DNA from: Octopus sinensis
Taxonomy: Eukaryota
Direction: 5' to 3'
Length of the DNA: 64,000 nt
Assembly: GCF_006345805.1 (NCBI RefSeq)
Contig: NC_043021.1
Span: 15,624,001-15,688,000, forward strand
Position numbers and translations under genes: made by a program. Below the pieces are notes generated by a model, which was not told where the DNA came from, made no database searches, and saw only the letters and a program-made list of their open reading frames with translations. Every line of letters starts with the position of its first letter. The stretch's first letter is position 1. Shown here piece by piece: positions 1 through 12,233 of the stretch.

Positions 1-1384
1 ATATTATCTGTGTGTGTATGTGTATGTACATACATACATATATATATATATACACACACACACACCACACACACACACACACACATACACACACACACAG
101 ATAGTCCAAAAGGTATTAGCAACATGTGTGTATGTGTGTATATGAGAAAGAGGTGGCTGGCATATATATGTACGCATACACATACGCATATATGAGAGAT
201 GTATACACATGCACATATATACAAAGGCACAATACATATATACAAGCATATACATGCACACAATACATACATGTACAAAACATTTATATACACACACACA
301 TACATTATACATGATGCATTCTTAGTCATATATTAAGAGGAACTTGCTACAAATGTTGCTTCTAGCAAATGTTTTACACAAATATCATCATCATTATCAT
401 CAACATCCTTATTTTTTTAAAAATTTCTATCATCATCATCATCGGTAAGAATAGCATTTTAGATATAAATTCCATACACACGCTCACATAAACGTAACAC
501 GTTTTGCGTGTTACCAGTTTAAATAGTGTTTCATATACAGTTTTATGGCTGCCACTGTTTTTAAGAACCTACACATTGAAAATAAATTTACTGCTGTCTA
601 TATATATATATATATAGAAAAATAAACTCCACCTTTTTTTTTTATATCATTTGAAGTTGTATCTCTTTATTTTTAAAAGCATTTCCTTAAAACTGGTGAA
701 GTGGGGTAGGATAAAAAATATAATAAAAAGACCTTTGGTTATTTATTCATTTCTTATCTGTCCCCATTGTTTCGGATCTTTCTCATCTTCTTTGTTTTAT
801 GTGATAGATGGGAAAGAGAGAGAGAGAGAGAGAGAGATGAGATCTTTCTAGAATAGTTGCGCTGTTTTGGTTATATATTGGGCATTGGTAACAGTTTGGG
901 TGGTGGTGGTGGTTGTGTGCTAAGTTGATAATGGATCGATGCATTTAAAAAAAAAATGCTGTGAGGTTAGTAACCTCACAGAATAAATGGCACTCCCCGC
1001 TCTTACTGCTGCCAGCCACCCTATGCCCAAATATGGAATAAATGGACAGCAAGAAATTTTTGAAGTCTTAAAAAAAGAAACTTTCAAATGGTGTTGGGCT
1101 GGAATGGAACAGAATGAAATGCAATGAGGTGGAATCAGATCAAGAAAGAAACATGTGTAGTGATGCATTTCAACTACTGCAGTTGTAGTGAAGCCAGAAC
1201 AAGTTTGAATAAGTTCAAGTTAGTTTTTATAGTAATCATAATATGAAAAGATAGACGTAACTCTTGTACTGTAGAACTAAAAGTAAAGTTTTATGGGAGG
1301 GGGAAGCTTAGTTCCTCTTCAATGGTAGTTAGTTCCTTACTGCCTACAGTTCTATTGTAGTGCCTTTAATTCTATAGTGGTATT

Positions 1385-1725
1385 TGGCCGTTGCCAGCCT
1401 CGCCTGGCCCCCGTGCCGGTGGCACGTAAAAAGGCACCATCCGTTCGTGGCCGTTGCCAGTGCCACCCTGACTGGCCTCGTGCCGGTGGCACGTAAAAAG
1501 CACCATCCGTCCGTGGCTGTTTGCCAGCTCTGTCTGGCACCTGTGCGGGTGGCACGTAAAAAGCACCCACTACACTCACGGAGTGGTTGGCGTTAGGAAG
1601 GGCATCCAGCCGTAGAAACACTGCCAGATCAGACTGGGCCTGATGCAGCCTTCTGGCTTCACAGACCCCAGTTGAACCGTCCAACCCATGCTAGCATGGA
1701 AAGCAGACGCTAAATGATGATGATG
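1385..1725 (+). mobile_element. Retroposon family C (ends ccatgctagcatggaaagcagacgctaaatgatgatgatg), with an internally repeated ggcacgtaaaaagcacc module
   Basis: (ATG)n tail; more than 12 related copies on both strands. Confidence 0.85.
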
Positions 1726-1762
1726 TATCTGCTATATTATAGTACTACCTTTAGTTCTATAT

Positions 1763-1994
1763 GGCAGCGAGCTGGCAGAAACGTTAGCACACCGGTCAAA
1801 ATGCATAGACGTATTTCGTCTGTCGTTACGTTCTGAGTTCAAATTCCGCCGAGGTCGATTTTGCCTTTCATCCTTTCGGGGTCAATAAATAAAGTACCAG
1901 TTTCGCACTGGGGGGTCGATGTAATCGACTTAATCCCTTTGTCTGTCCTTGTTTGTCCCCTCTATGTTTAGCCCCTTGTGGGCAGTAAAGAAAT
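1763..1994 (+). mobile_element. tRNA-derived SINE, family A (ggcgagctggcagaaacgttagc ... gtaaagaaata)
   Basis: A-box TGGCAGAAACG and B-box GAGTTCAAATTCC; more than 10 copies in the window. Confidence 0.9.
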
Positions 1995-2435
1995 ATATTA
2001 TCTACAGTTCCACTGTACCCCACAGTTGTTTAATACCTACCTACATTTCCATGCTGTCTTTTGAGGAATATGGATTTACTAGGAGAAGAGGATTCCCAGT
2101 CCCCTCCCATGCTCCTGCCCCTTTTAGTCACCTCTTACGCCACACAGGGAATACGGGGACTGCATTCTACCGATTCCCTGGTCGCAGGGAAGTTTGCTAG
2201 TTAACCAATAGCTGGGACCCTTACAGGTGCTACCACTCTGGGCCTGGGTAAACCTGGGAACAATAGTGGCTAAGAGGTGGTTCCACACTCCTCAAACCCT
2301 GAAACCAGGGCCCAAGGGTCCCACTACGGATGTAGTTTACAGACATTCCGAGGACTGAGCTGGAAAATGAATGGAATACCTGGTATGCATCTTGTTGTGG
2401 CTACCTCCTCCTAAAAAAATTGGGGATACAGTCTG

Positions 2436-2469
<34 letters not shown>

Positions 2470-2470
<1 letters not shown>

Positions 2471-2730
2471 ATAGAACTACCTATAGTTCCACAGTGGTAC
2501 ATACACCTACAGTTCCACTGTACCACATAAGTTCCGTAAAACCTACCTACTGTTCTGTACCTTGGTACTACCTGTAGTTCCATAATACCATGTACAGCTC
2601 TATAGTACCACCCACTGCTCCATTGTGGTACCTCTAGATACATTGTGGGTCCTAATGTTCTTCAGTATCAGCTACAGTCTCACAGTGGTACATGCAATTT
2701 CTTGGTACTCACCTACAGTTAGATGGTATT
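2470..2730. repeat. Degenerate minisatellite (ctacagttccactgtacc-like), with further pieces at about 1310-1380 and 2000-2050
   Basis: Recurring ctacagttcc / gtggtac motifs interrupted by SINE insertions. Confidence 0.6.
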
Positions 2731-3048
2731 ACAGCCACTAAAAGCTAAATGTTTTGGCCATGGGCTCATTACAGAGCGTACCGTCAATTATGTCAACACT
2801 ATTTCATAGAATGAAAGCAAGGCAAAGTTGACACAATGTAGGGGTAATTTGAAATCGGAACATAAAGTAACATAACTCAATGCTATGTGGCATTTTGTTT
2901 GCTCCTAAATTTCGAATATTACTATAACATTGTGAATTAATCGATGAAACTGTTCTCACTTCCTTCTCCATCCAGTGCTTGACGTAAATAATATTTTATT
3001 TTAGTGACCAAACTCAAACTTCAGCAGGTGCAAGTCCCAAAGTCTACC

Positions 3049-3405
3049 CCACCTGGCCCGGAGTCCATCCCACCTGGTCCAGAGTCCACTCCACCAGGTC
3101 CAGGGTCCACTCCACCAGGTCCAGGGTCCACCCCACCAGGTCCGGAGTCCACCCCACCAGGTCCAGAGTCCACCCCACCAAGTCCGGAGTCCACCCCACC
3201 AGGTCCAGAGTCCACCCCACCAAGTCCAGAGTCTATCCCACCAGGTCCCACGTTCACCCCACCTGGCCTGGAGTCCACCCACCTAACCCGTAGTCCACCC
3301 CCACCTAGCCTGGAGTCAACCCCACCAGGCCCCGATTCCACCCCACCTGGCTCAGAGTCCACCCCAACAGGCCTAGAGTCTACCTCAGCAAACCCAAAGT
3401 CAATC
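3049..3405. repeat. GC-rich 21-bp minisatellite (about 17 units; reads PPGPEST on +, GGVDSGP on -)
   Basis: Consensus ccaccaggtccagagtccacc; it explains ORFs 3004-3480, 3001-3282 and 3021-3362. Confidence 0.92.
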
Positions 3406-4050
3406 CCTATGGACCAAAATCAAAACCAAGGCCAACGTCAACCCAAGCATGTTTTGAACTCTTTTAATCAATATTGTTAAAAATCAAACCTACCACCAAC
3501 ACTCCTTTACCTTTATGCCATTTTAATTTGATGTTTATTATGAAAAGTTACATTTTTTCTTTCTCTTTTTTTTTTCCTTTCTCATCATACAATTGTAATC
3601 GTAAACTTGTGTCTATTACTTGGAACTAATCTTATCATACTCTGTGGGGAAACCACATTTGAGAATCCTAAAACATGATTTTGGATCTCTCTTCTTCTTT
3701 CTTTCATTCTTAACCACTTAAATATTTTTCTCCATCTGTATACAGAAATCAAATTGTTTTTTTTTCTTTCCCTAATAATTCTTTAGCTTTTTTATAATAA
3801 TTTATTTTTTCTATGAATTTTCTAATTTGGAAGGAAGTTGTAAAATCCAAACCTAAATATGTTGGGAAATCACTTAAAACTGGCTTCATTTAAATTACCA
3901 ACATCTCCATTCAGTTTGTTTCCCCACTCAGTTTCTCCTCCTCCTACCCCACTTAATTCCCCTTCCTCTTACCTCCACCCATTTTCGTTCCCTTTTACCA
4001 CCAACCTCAGTCTGTCTTTAGTCTTAACACTTTTGTCTTCTATTTTTCAG

Positions 4051-4125
4051 TATTTGGGCTGTATAGAAGTTTATGAATCGCGAGGTATGCAGGTCTGTGA
4101 GGAAGCAGTAAAATCTTTGAAATAT
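4051..4125 (+). CDS. numb: Numb PTB-domain coding exon (YLGCIEVYESRGMQVCEEAVKSLKY), phase 0-0
   Basis: Acceptor tctatttttcag and donor TAT|gtaagt; 75 nt open. The peptide matches the Numb PTB motif YLGxxEVxESRGMxVCEEA. Confidence 0.95.
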
Positions 4126-4409
4126 GTAAGTAGCCTTCTTTTAATCTTACCAATTCCTTCCATGGTGGCAAGAAACATTCCAAAGTATTTCTCTTGACAC
4201 AGACTATTTCAGTAAATCTACTTAGGAGAACAACAAGACAACCTCTGCATCACCAGCTCCTGACATTTTGATTACCAATCACCCTTTTTATTTAAATGAA
4301 TTCTTCCATGGACCCCTAAATGTTTGACAAATCTTCCAATATTTATTTGTTTCTCATTTTTAATCTATTCAATGATGAATTCATTACTCTGTATATTTAT
4401 TATGTAAGA

Positions 4410-4795
4410 ACTAGCAGTATCGCCCGGCGTTGCTCGGGTTTGTAAGGGAAATAACTATAAAGCATTTTTAGAGAGTTATAGCCAAAAAATAGCAAAAAAA
4501 TGGGGGGAAAATGATGGTAAATTTTTTTTGAGAGTTAAAAAGGTCGAGTTGCGTCCCCATGACAGTCTGTGGTTTGTGTTTCTGATTCTCGACCCCATGT
4601 CGAATTTATCGATTTTTTTCAGAACTGGGGGAACTTTTCAAAATTTTCGCTGCGTTAGTTTTGAATTATGACATTGGGCTATGTGTGTGTCAAGTTTCAT
4701 CAGAATCGGTTGAAAGCCATGGTCAGGGTGAGGGTACAACCTAACAGACACACAGACACGCAGACACACAAACTGCCGTTTATATAGAGAGAGAT
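4410..4795 (+). mobile_element. Non-autonomous Helentron/DINE-1-like element
   Basis: Starts ACTAGcagtatcgCCCGGCGTTGCTCGGG (hairpin), has an (ACAG)n-like subterminal repeat and ends tttatatagagagagat. Confidence 0.7.
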
Positions 4796-6104
4796 TAGGC
4801 ATGGCTGTGTGGTTAAGAAGCTCACTTTGCGACCGCATGGTTTCAGGTTCAGTCCTACTGCATGGCACTTTGGACAGTTGTCTTCTACTACAGTTCTGAG
4901 TTGACCAATGCCTTGTGAGTGAATTTAGTTGATGGAAACTGTGTGGAAGCCCATTGTGTGGGCTTAAGAAAGAAAACAGAAAAATAAGCCAAAGCAGTGA
5001 CATTAGTTTGCTTGACTAAACCCTCCAAGGTGGTGCCCCAGCATGGCCACAGTCCAATGACTGAAACAAGTAAACAATAAAAGGTATATAGAAAACAATA
5101 ACAGCTGTACAGCAATACACAGGAATCTTTGTCATTTGTTACATATCTTTGGGCTTGCAAACCCACAGTCTCTTATAAACTGTTCCTCAAATTAATTCCA
5201 ATATTCGCCCCCATAACCATCACCACCCAACAAGGTGATAAATGAAAATAATAACTTCAAAAAATTTTTCAAAAAACCAATTATTTTCTGTAAAAATCAT
5301 TTCATTATTGGTTTTCTTTTGATATTTTCAAGGAGCTTGAAAAGTTCCAAAAATATTTTAAAAATATATATTTGTTTTTTCTTTTCAGACATTTAAATTT
5401 AGATTTTAAAACAAATATGTACCACCTACTTCAACTCAATCGGTTGTGGTGATTGACAGGGGGTGCATGGCTTAGTGGTTGGGGTATTCAGCTCGTGTGT
5501 ATGGACATGTGTTCGATTCCCAGAGGTGTGTTGTGTCCTTGAGCAAGACACTTTATTTCACGTTGCTCCAGTCCACTCATCTAGCAAAAATGAATTGTAC
5601 ATTTATTTCAAAGGGGCCAACCTTGTCGCACTCATTGTGACACGCTGAATCTCTCTCAGATCTATATTAAGAATTCACGTGTCTATGGAGTGCTCAATCT
5701 TTTGCACATTAATTACATGAGCCAGGCTATTCTGTTGATGAGATCAACTGGATCCCTTGCAGTGCCAGTTAGTTGGCTCTCGTTTTCTTCATGTTCCCCT
5801 AAAGGAAAGACAAAGTTATCTCCTCTGTCCCCTTTTTCATTCAACACACACACACACCCTTCCCATCCTGGTCCTGGACAAGGCTTATCATTACACTGGG
5901 TAACATTTTTGAAAAAAATTTTGTCTTGCTTTTTACAATTAACCCTACCTAATTTGATGGTGCTGGGTTCAGAAATGCCCTCAGAAATTTTCTATCCTGT
6001 CAAGTTTTTTGTTAAACAGGAATTCATTTTTTGTTACCAAAAATGTCAGTTTTGTCATTAAATGCAAGACTGAAATAAGAAACTAACACAAACCAAATAG
6101 TACT

Positions 6105-6268
6105 TTTTGTGTGGTAAGTAGCTTGCTTACCAACCACATGGTTCTGGGTTCAGTCCCACTGCGCGGCACCTTGGGCAAGTGTCTTCTGCTATAGCCTCGG
6201 GCCGACCAAAGCCTTGTGAGTGGATTTGGTAGACAGAAACTGAAAGAAGCCCGTCATATATATGTATG

Positions 6269-6302
<34 letters not shown>

Positions 6303-6512
6303 CTGTTTGTGTGTCTGTGTTTGTCCCCCCCAACATCGCTTGACAGCCGATGCTGGTGTGTTTACATCTCCGTCACTTAGCGGTTCAGCAAAAGAGACCG
6401 ATAGAATAAGTACTAGGCTTACAAAGAATAAGTCCTGGGGTCGATTTGCTCGACTAAAGGTGATGCTCCAGCATGGCCGCAGTCAAATGACTGAAACAAG
6501 TAAAAGAGTTAT
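6105..6512 (+). mobile_element. tRNA-derived SINE, family B (internal (TA)n(TG)n, tail ccagcatggccgcagtcaaatgactgaaacaagtaaaag)
   Basis: gtgtggtaagtagcttgcttaccaaccacatggttctgggttcagtccc head; about 10 near-full copies in the window. Confidence 0.9.
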
Positions 6513-6856
6513 AAAGTAAGCAAATGCAGATTTGTGATGACCAAGTTCCATTGAGAGCATTCACACCATGAAGTTCTTTTTACACTTCTTTGACCATGCT
6601 TGATGAAAAGTGACCTTGACCCATATGACCTCACAATTAAAACATAAGGCCACATTCAAAATACCAGTTTCCAAAAGAAACGTTTTAAAAGTTCAACGAA
6701 ACATGTCTCATCTAGTTTGCAATGATAGTCATGCTAAAATAAGCAAATCGTGTGCATATCTGCAGATAAATTCCGCAAACATGAGACATGTATAGTGTCA
6801 AGAACCAAAAAAAAATATGTTGTTTCTTTACACTTCACTGTATAAAGGACATTTCT

Positions 6857-7089
6857 TATTTCTTTATTGCCCACAAGGGGCTAAACATAGAGGAGACAAA
6901 CAAGGACAGACAAAGGGATTAAGTCGATTACATCGACACCAGTGCGTAACTGGTATTTAATTTATTGACCCCGAAAGGATGAAAGGCAAATTCGACCTCG
7001 GCGGAATTTAAACTCAGAACGTAACAGCAGACGAAATACAGCTAAGCATTTTGCCTGGCGTGCTAACGATTCTGCCAGCTCGCCGCCTT
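6857..7089 (-). mobile_element. SINE family A
   Basis: Reverse complement of the 1763-1994 consensus. Confidence 0.9.
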
Positions 7090-7408
7090 TAAAGGATATT
7101 AGATAATGGTGAGGTTGAAAATAATGAAAGTTGCTCAAGTTTGATGCTTATCAAACTGAAGATACTTAAATTATGACTTTTGGTTTTACTTTCATATTTG
7201 TATTTACTTTAAATGACATTGGAAAGCTATATTTTCAAAGTTATGTCATGCTCCAGACATGGGTTCGCATTTGGTGAAGTCAAATCTATCCTTAGGAATG
7301 GTGACAATACCGGAAATGTTGCAAAATGGACATCTTAGTTTGTGGAAAATCTTAATATGATAGAGCAAACTGGATTACATTTTTGAAATCAGCACCCCAG
7401 AATTAGTA

Positions 7409-7484
7409 TTTTTTTATTTTATTTTATTTTATTTAGTTTCAGCTCACAAGCTGTGGCCATGCTGGGGCACCGCCATTTTGTGCT
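7409..7484 (-). mobile_element. Retroposon 3' tail (AATGGCGGTGCCCCAGCATGGCCACAGCT..AGCTGAAACT + (TAAAA)n) fused to the 5S copy
   Basis: The same tail occurs at 35277-35351 and 39572-39639, and a related tail ends family-B SINEs. An imperfect direct repeat flanks the 5S+tail unit (7395-7408 / 7605-7614). Confidence 0.8.
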
Positions 7485-7604
7485 ATGCTTACTGCACCTA
7501 GGTCTCCCAAGCGGTCACCCATCTAAGTACTGACTAGGCTCGACGTTGCTTAACTTCGGTGATCAGACGAGAACCGGTGCTTTCAACGTGATATGGCCGT
7601 AAGC
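7485..7604 (-). rRNA. Full-length 5S rRNA copy (probably retroposed/chimeric rather than a normal rDNA unit)
   Basis: The minus strand reads GCTTACGGCCATATCACGTTGAAAGCACCGGTTCTCGTCTGATCACCGAAGTTAAGCAACGTCGAGCC...GGTGCAGTAAGCAT (120 nt). Helix I closes with one mismatch; box A (AGTTAAGC) and a box C-like segment are present. There is no oligo-T terminator after it. Confidence 0.93.
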
Positions 7605-9078
7605 CCCCATAGTAGGACAACAAAACATCAGACAACAAAAACCCTGTTCCCCAGTAACTCATTCACATGCATACATGCATACATTTATACTACATATACA
7701 CACACATACACAAACATGTATATATAATGTATGTGTATATATATGTCTGTGTGTGTGTGTATGTATTGCATCTTGCCTGAAGCAAAAGTCTGTCAAAATG
7801 TTTTGTGCAGAACTTCCATTTGTTTTGAGATATCTGGATGAATATTCCGATACTTTCTTATCCTATATTTATTTTATTCCCTGCAGTTCCTCGAACCAGT
7901 GATAAAGGTATAAAAAAAAAAAATAATAAAAAAAGAGCAAGGGACTGGGTGGGGGAGGCTTTCTTTAGAATTTATTTGTAAAGACAAGAATTTTTTTTAA
8001 AAAATAGATTTTGATGTGATTGGAGTTGAAGGATTCACTAATGAATATTTTACCAAAATACACCTTTATTTAAATTGAGTGCCAAAAGTATTGGGGGTAA
8101 AAGAATAATTGGAAGAAACTGTCATAGAGTATTATATAGTATACATGTGGGTGTGTTGTGGGCTGAATGATTAAGAATTTCGCTTTGCAGGCATGAGACC
8201 GCGCTAGCATGGGTTGGACGGTTCGACCGGGGTCTGGGAAGCCAGGGGCTGCACCAGGCTCCAGTCCGATCTGGCAGAGTTTCTACAGCTGGATGCCCTT
8301 CCTAACGCCAACCACATATATGAAAGGCTTCCACATAGTTTCCATCTACCAGATTTACTCTCAAAGCATTGTTCAGCCCAGCTCTATGGTAGAAAACACT
8401 TGCCCGAGATTCTACACAGTAGGACTGAACCCAAAACCTTGTGGCTGCAAAGCAAGCATCTTAACCACACAGCCAAGCCTGTGTCTATTATTTATCAAAA
8501 CATGAAAGCAATTCATTAACATTGTTAATTAAAATACTTGTAGCAAGAGAATAGGCACAGCTGAGATGTATTCGATAAGATGATGTAGGGAAATTGGTTT
8601 CGTTCAGGACTGGGGAAAACTACAACCTTAAGGCTTACGTGCAACATTACAGAGTAGCATTATATTAATTCATTAAATATATATATATATATAAATCAAT
8701 AAATGGTGGGGTTGTGTTGACCGCATGTGGAGAAATGATAGGCAAGGAAAAATTATAAAAAGGCAGAATGCTAAATTGAAGGTAAATTTTAATGAAAACG
8801 GGTGTATGGAAAATTAAAAAAAATTTTTTTTTATATATTAACTCTAACCGGTTTTTGTCACAGTGTGACTTTTCAAGAATTGTAAGGTGAAAAGAAAATT
8901 TTTTTATAATTGAGGAGGGGGAAAAAAGAAAATGACATTGTTTTTTGCAAAAAAATAATAAACATATACAAAAATTTAAAAATAGGTACACCGATACATT
9001 GTAAAGTCTTTGTGTATCTCGAGTTCAATGATAGTCCTTGAAAAAATTACCTTGGAGGATTAAGATCCATGTGATTAA

Positions 9079-9119
<41 letters not shown>

Positions 9120-9418
9120 GAGGCGCAATGGCCTAGTGGTTAGGGCAGCGGACTCGCGGTCGTAGGATCGTGGTTTCGATTCCCAGACTGGGCGTTGTGA
9201 GTGTTTATTGAGCGAAAACACCTAAAGCTCCACGAGGCTCTGGCAGGGGTGGGGGTGGCGATCCCTGCTGTACTCTTTTGCCACAACTTTCTCTCACTCT
9301 TTCTTCTGGCCTGCTCGCTTAGCCAGCGGGGTAGCGTCATTTGAAGGCTAAAACAATGCGAAGCACATTGTGACCAGCGATGTGTAACAACATCTGATAG
9401 TCTGGTCGGTCACGGTGA
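9120..9418 (+). mobile_element. tRNA-derived SINE, family D (gaggcgcaatggcctagtggttagggcagcggactcgcgg)
   Basis: A-box TGGCCTAGTGG and B-box GGTTTCGATTCCC; related copies at 35116 and 62835. Confidence 0.85.
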
Positions 9419-9810
9419 TTTATATATATATATATATATAGACATATGTATGTATGAACATTTATGTAATACTTTAAAAACATGCATGTATGTAGCTATA
9501 TTTGCAGTATGTGTGTGTATGTATATATCATGATCATCATCATCGTTTAAATCTGTTTTCCATGGGTTGGATGGTTTGACTGGGGTCTGGGAAGACAGGA
9601 TGCTGCACCAGGCCCCAATCTGATCTGGCAGTGTTTCTACAGCTGGATGCCCTTCCTAATGCCAACCACTCCGTGGGTGCTTTTTATGTACCACCGGCAC
9701 GGGCCAGAGGAGCTGGCATCAACCACAATCGGGCGGAGCTTTTTACGTGCCACCGTATTACACTTACATCAGTGAGAGGCTTTATTAAATTACTCATCAG
9801 TTTCCATCAC

Positions 9811-9852
9811 AACTGTCTGATGAACGGGAACCTGAGGTTCTGAGTAACAGTT
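9811..9852 (+). ncRNA. Decayed minimal hammerhead relic
   Basis: AACUGU CUGAUGA ACG GGAACC-UGA-GGUUCU GA GUA ACAGUU: 6-bp stem I and 6-bp stem II; GAAAC is shortened to GA. Confidence 0.4.
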
Positions 9853-10029
9853 TCCTGATGATTTTGCAACTTTGATAAAAGCATATTGCTCTACCTTAGG
9901 TATCCAAACTATTTTTTTCCACCCTATTTTTCATTTATGTGCTTACTCACCTACGCACATGTGTGTGTGTGTGTGTGTATATATACAGAATTCTTCTCAA
10001 AATTCCTTGTCTTGTGAGTTAGTTGGTGA

Positions 10030-10328
10030 CCCTGCCAGTGTTGGTGCCATGCAAAAAGCATCCAGTCCACACTGTGAAGTGGTTGGCATTTGGAAGGGCA
10101 TCCAGCTGTAAAAATCATGCCAAAACCGACCTCGCCTGTGCTGGTACCACATAAAAAGCATTCAGTTCCCTCTGCTGAGTGGTTGGTTTTAGGAAGGGTA
10201 TCCAGTCATAAAACCCCGCCGAATCAGGCACAGTAGCCTGGGGTAGTCTACTACCTGGCCGGCTCCTGTCAACCGTCCTACCCATGCATGCATGCATGCA
10301 TGAAAGACAGACGTTAAATGATAATGAC
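10030..10328 (+). mobile_element. Retroposon family C variant carrying a single copy of the 100-bp satellite unit
   Basis: catccagctgtaaaaatcatgccaaaaccgacctcgcctgtgctggtaccacataaaaagca at about 10100-10170. Confidence 0.8.
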
Positions 10329-10454
10329 ATATATACACTCACACACACATAACATACATTCAGACTTATGCATACATACACACACACACACACACACGCA
10401 CATATTTCACACAGCAGATATAACTTACCCTGTGTGTGCTCTGATTCTCTCTCT

Positions 10455-10862
10455 CTCTGTTACTCTCTCTTTTACTTGTTTCAGTCATTTGACTGCGGCC
10501 ATGCAGGAGCACCGCTTTTAATTGAGCAACTTGACACCGGGACTTATTCTTTGTAAGCCCAGTACTTATTCTATCGGTCTCTTTTGCCGAACCGCTAAGT
10601 GACGGGGACATAGACACACCAGCATCGGTTGTCAAGCGATGCTAGGGGGACAAACACAGACACACACACATACACATATATACATATATATACATATATA
10701 CAACGGGCTTCTTTCAGTTTCCGTCTACCAAATCCACTCACAAGGCTTTGATCAGCCCGAGGCTATAGTAGAAGACACTTGCCCAAGGTGCCATGCAGTG
10801 GGACTGAACCCGGAACCATGTGGTTGGTAAACAAGCTACTTACCACGCAGCCACTCCTGCGC
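10455..10862 (-). mobile_element. SINE family B
   Basis: Reverse complement of the family consensus. Confidence 0.9.
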
Positions 10863-11619
10863 CTGTGTACCTATGTAAAAATAATTCTTTCAGTTAGATC
10901 TAAAACTGAACTTAACCATCCACTAAAGTAAGTACTGGTCTCAGTAAGCCGAAATAAAACTGTCGAAGGCAGTGCTCCAGCATGGCCACGGCCTACTCAC
11001 CGAGTCCCCAGTAACAAACTATAAACAGCTGTTGAAGAAAATGAGCTGATTTTAAAGTTGATCACTGGCTGTGAACAACTCAGAAATTAGCACAACACCT
11101 TCCTATATCACATGGCAATCACCTTTCTTTTACCTGTTCAGGTGTGTCTTTTTATCTACAACAGAAAATTAGACAAGATTTCTGTTTGATCTCTTCAGGT
11201 AAATGTTAAGTTTAATCCTGAAGATTAGATTATTGTTAAGTTCTTCTCTAGCATGTTCTTTGTGGGTATATATATGACATGTGTATGTGATGTATATGTG
11301 AGTATATATATATGTCATGGGTACGTCTTTGTATGCTGTATATATGTGGGTGTATGGGTGTAACTAAGTTTGGAAAAATCTATATATTGAAATTTGGTCG
11401 ATGGAGACAATAGGTGAAACCATTGTGTGTGTGTGTGAGAGAGAGATTTTGTGTGTATTTGTGGCTTTGTGTGTATCTGTATGTATGTTGGATTCTGTGG
11501 TGGGGGTGCTCTGTGTCTATGTATGTGGGCCTCTGTGTATGTGTATATGTGTGGCTTTGAGTGTGTGGTGGGGTATTCTGTCTGTGTGTGTGTGTGTGTC
11601 AGTAAGGTATGGTGGAATT

Positions 11620-11853
11620 TAAGGCGGCAAGCTGGCAGAAACATTAGCACGCCGGGCGAAATGCTTAGCGGTGTTTCGTCTGCCATTACGTTCTGAGTTC
11701 AAATTCCGCCGAGGTCAACTTTGCCTTTCATCCTTTCGGGGTCGATAAATTAAGTACCAGTTACTCACTGGGTTCGATGTAATCGACTTAATACCTTTGT
11801 CTGTCCTTGTTTATCCCCTCTGTGTTTAGCCCCTTGTGTGGGTAATAAAGAAA
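11620..11853 (+). mobile_element. SINE family A with 16-bp TSD
   Basis: AAGGTATGGTGGAATT at 11604-11619 and 11854-11869. Confidence 0.92.
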
Positions 11854-12015
11854 AAGGTATGGTGGAATTGACATGCTGGAAAAAAAAATAGTCTTTTGAA
11901 ATTTGGTTGCATTTATGATACATCTCTTTACATCCATATCAACTTTGCCTTTCAGCTCTTACAACATGGGAATAGTAAAAAAGCAAGGTATCAAAGTCAA
12001 AATAACATATTTTAA

Positions 12016-12233
12016 CCCTTTAGTGTTCACATTATTCTGCCAAAGTTAATGCTTTTTTATTCACATTTTGAACTAATCATGCATTATCTTGTAGTTATGA
12101 GATTTTGATGAGGTAGCTATTAATTTTTAAGATGATATTGTAGGGTTGGTGTGAGAGACCAGATATGGCCAGTTTGAACATAAAACAAGCAGAATACTTT
12201 TGGCCGGATATGGCCGGTTTAAATGCTAAAGGG
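12016..12233. mobile_element. piggyBac-type MITE
   Basis: TTAA|CCCTTTAG ... CTAAAGGG|TTAA. Confidence 0.85.

Noticed and set aside
6105-6512. Recurrent ORFs such as MLGGQTQT..., ...SPSLSGSAKETDRIST... and ...FLQLDALPNANH...
   Set aside because: They recur because they are read from SINE consensus sequence; they are not genes.
9120-9195. tRNA genes at SINE heads (also 19356, 35116, 25770)
   Set aside because: A and B boxes are present, but the acceptor and T stems do not close and each continues into a repeat body.
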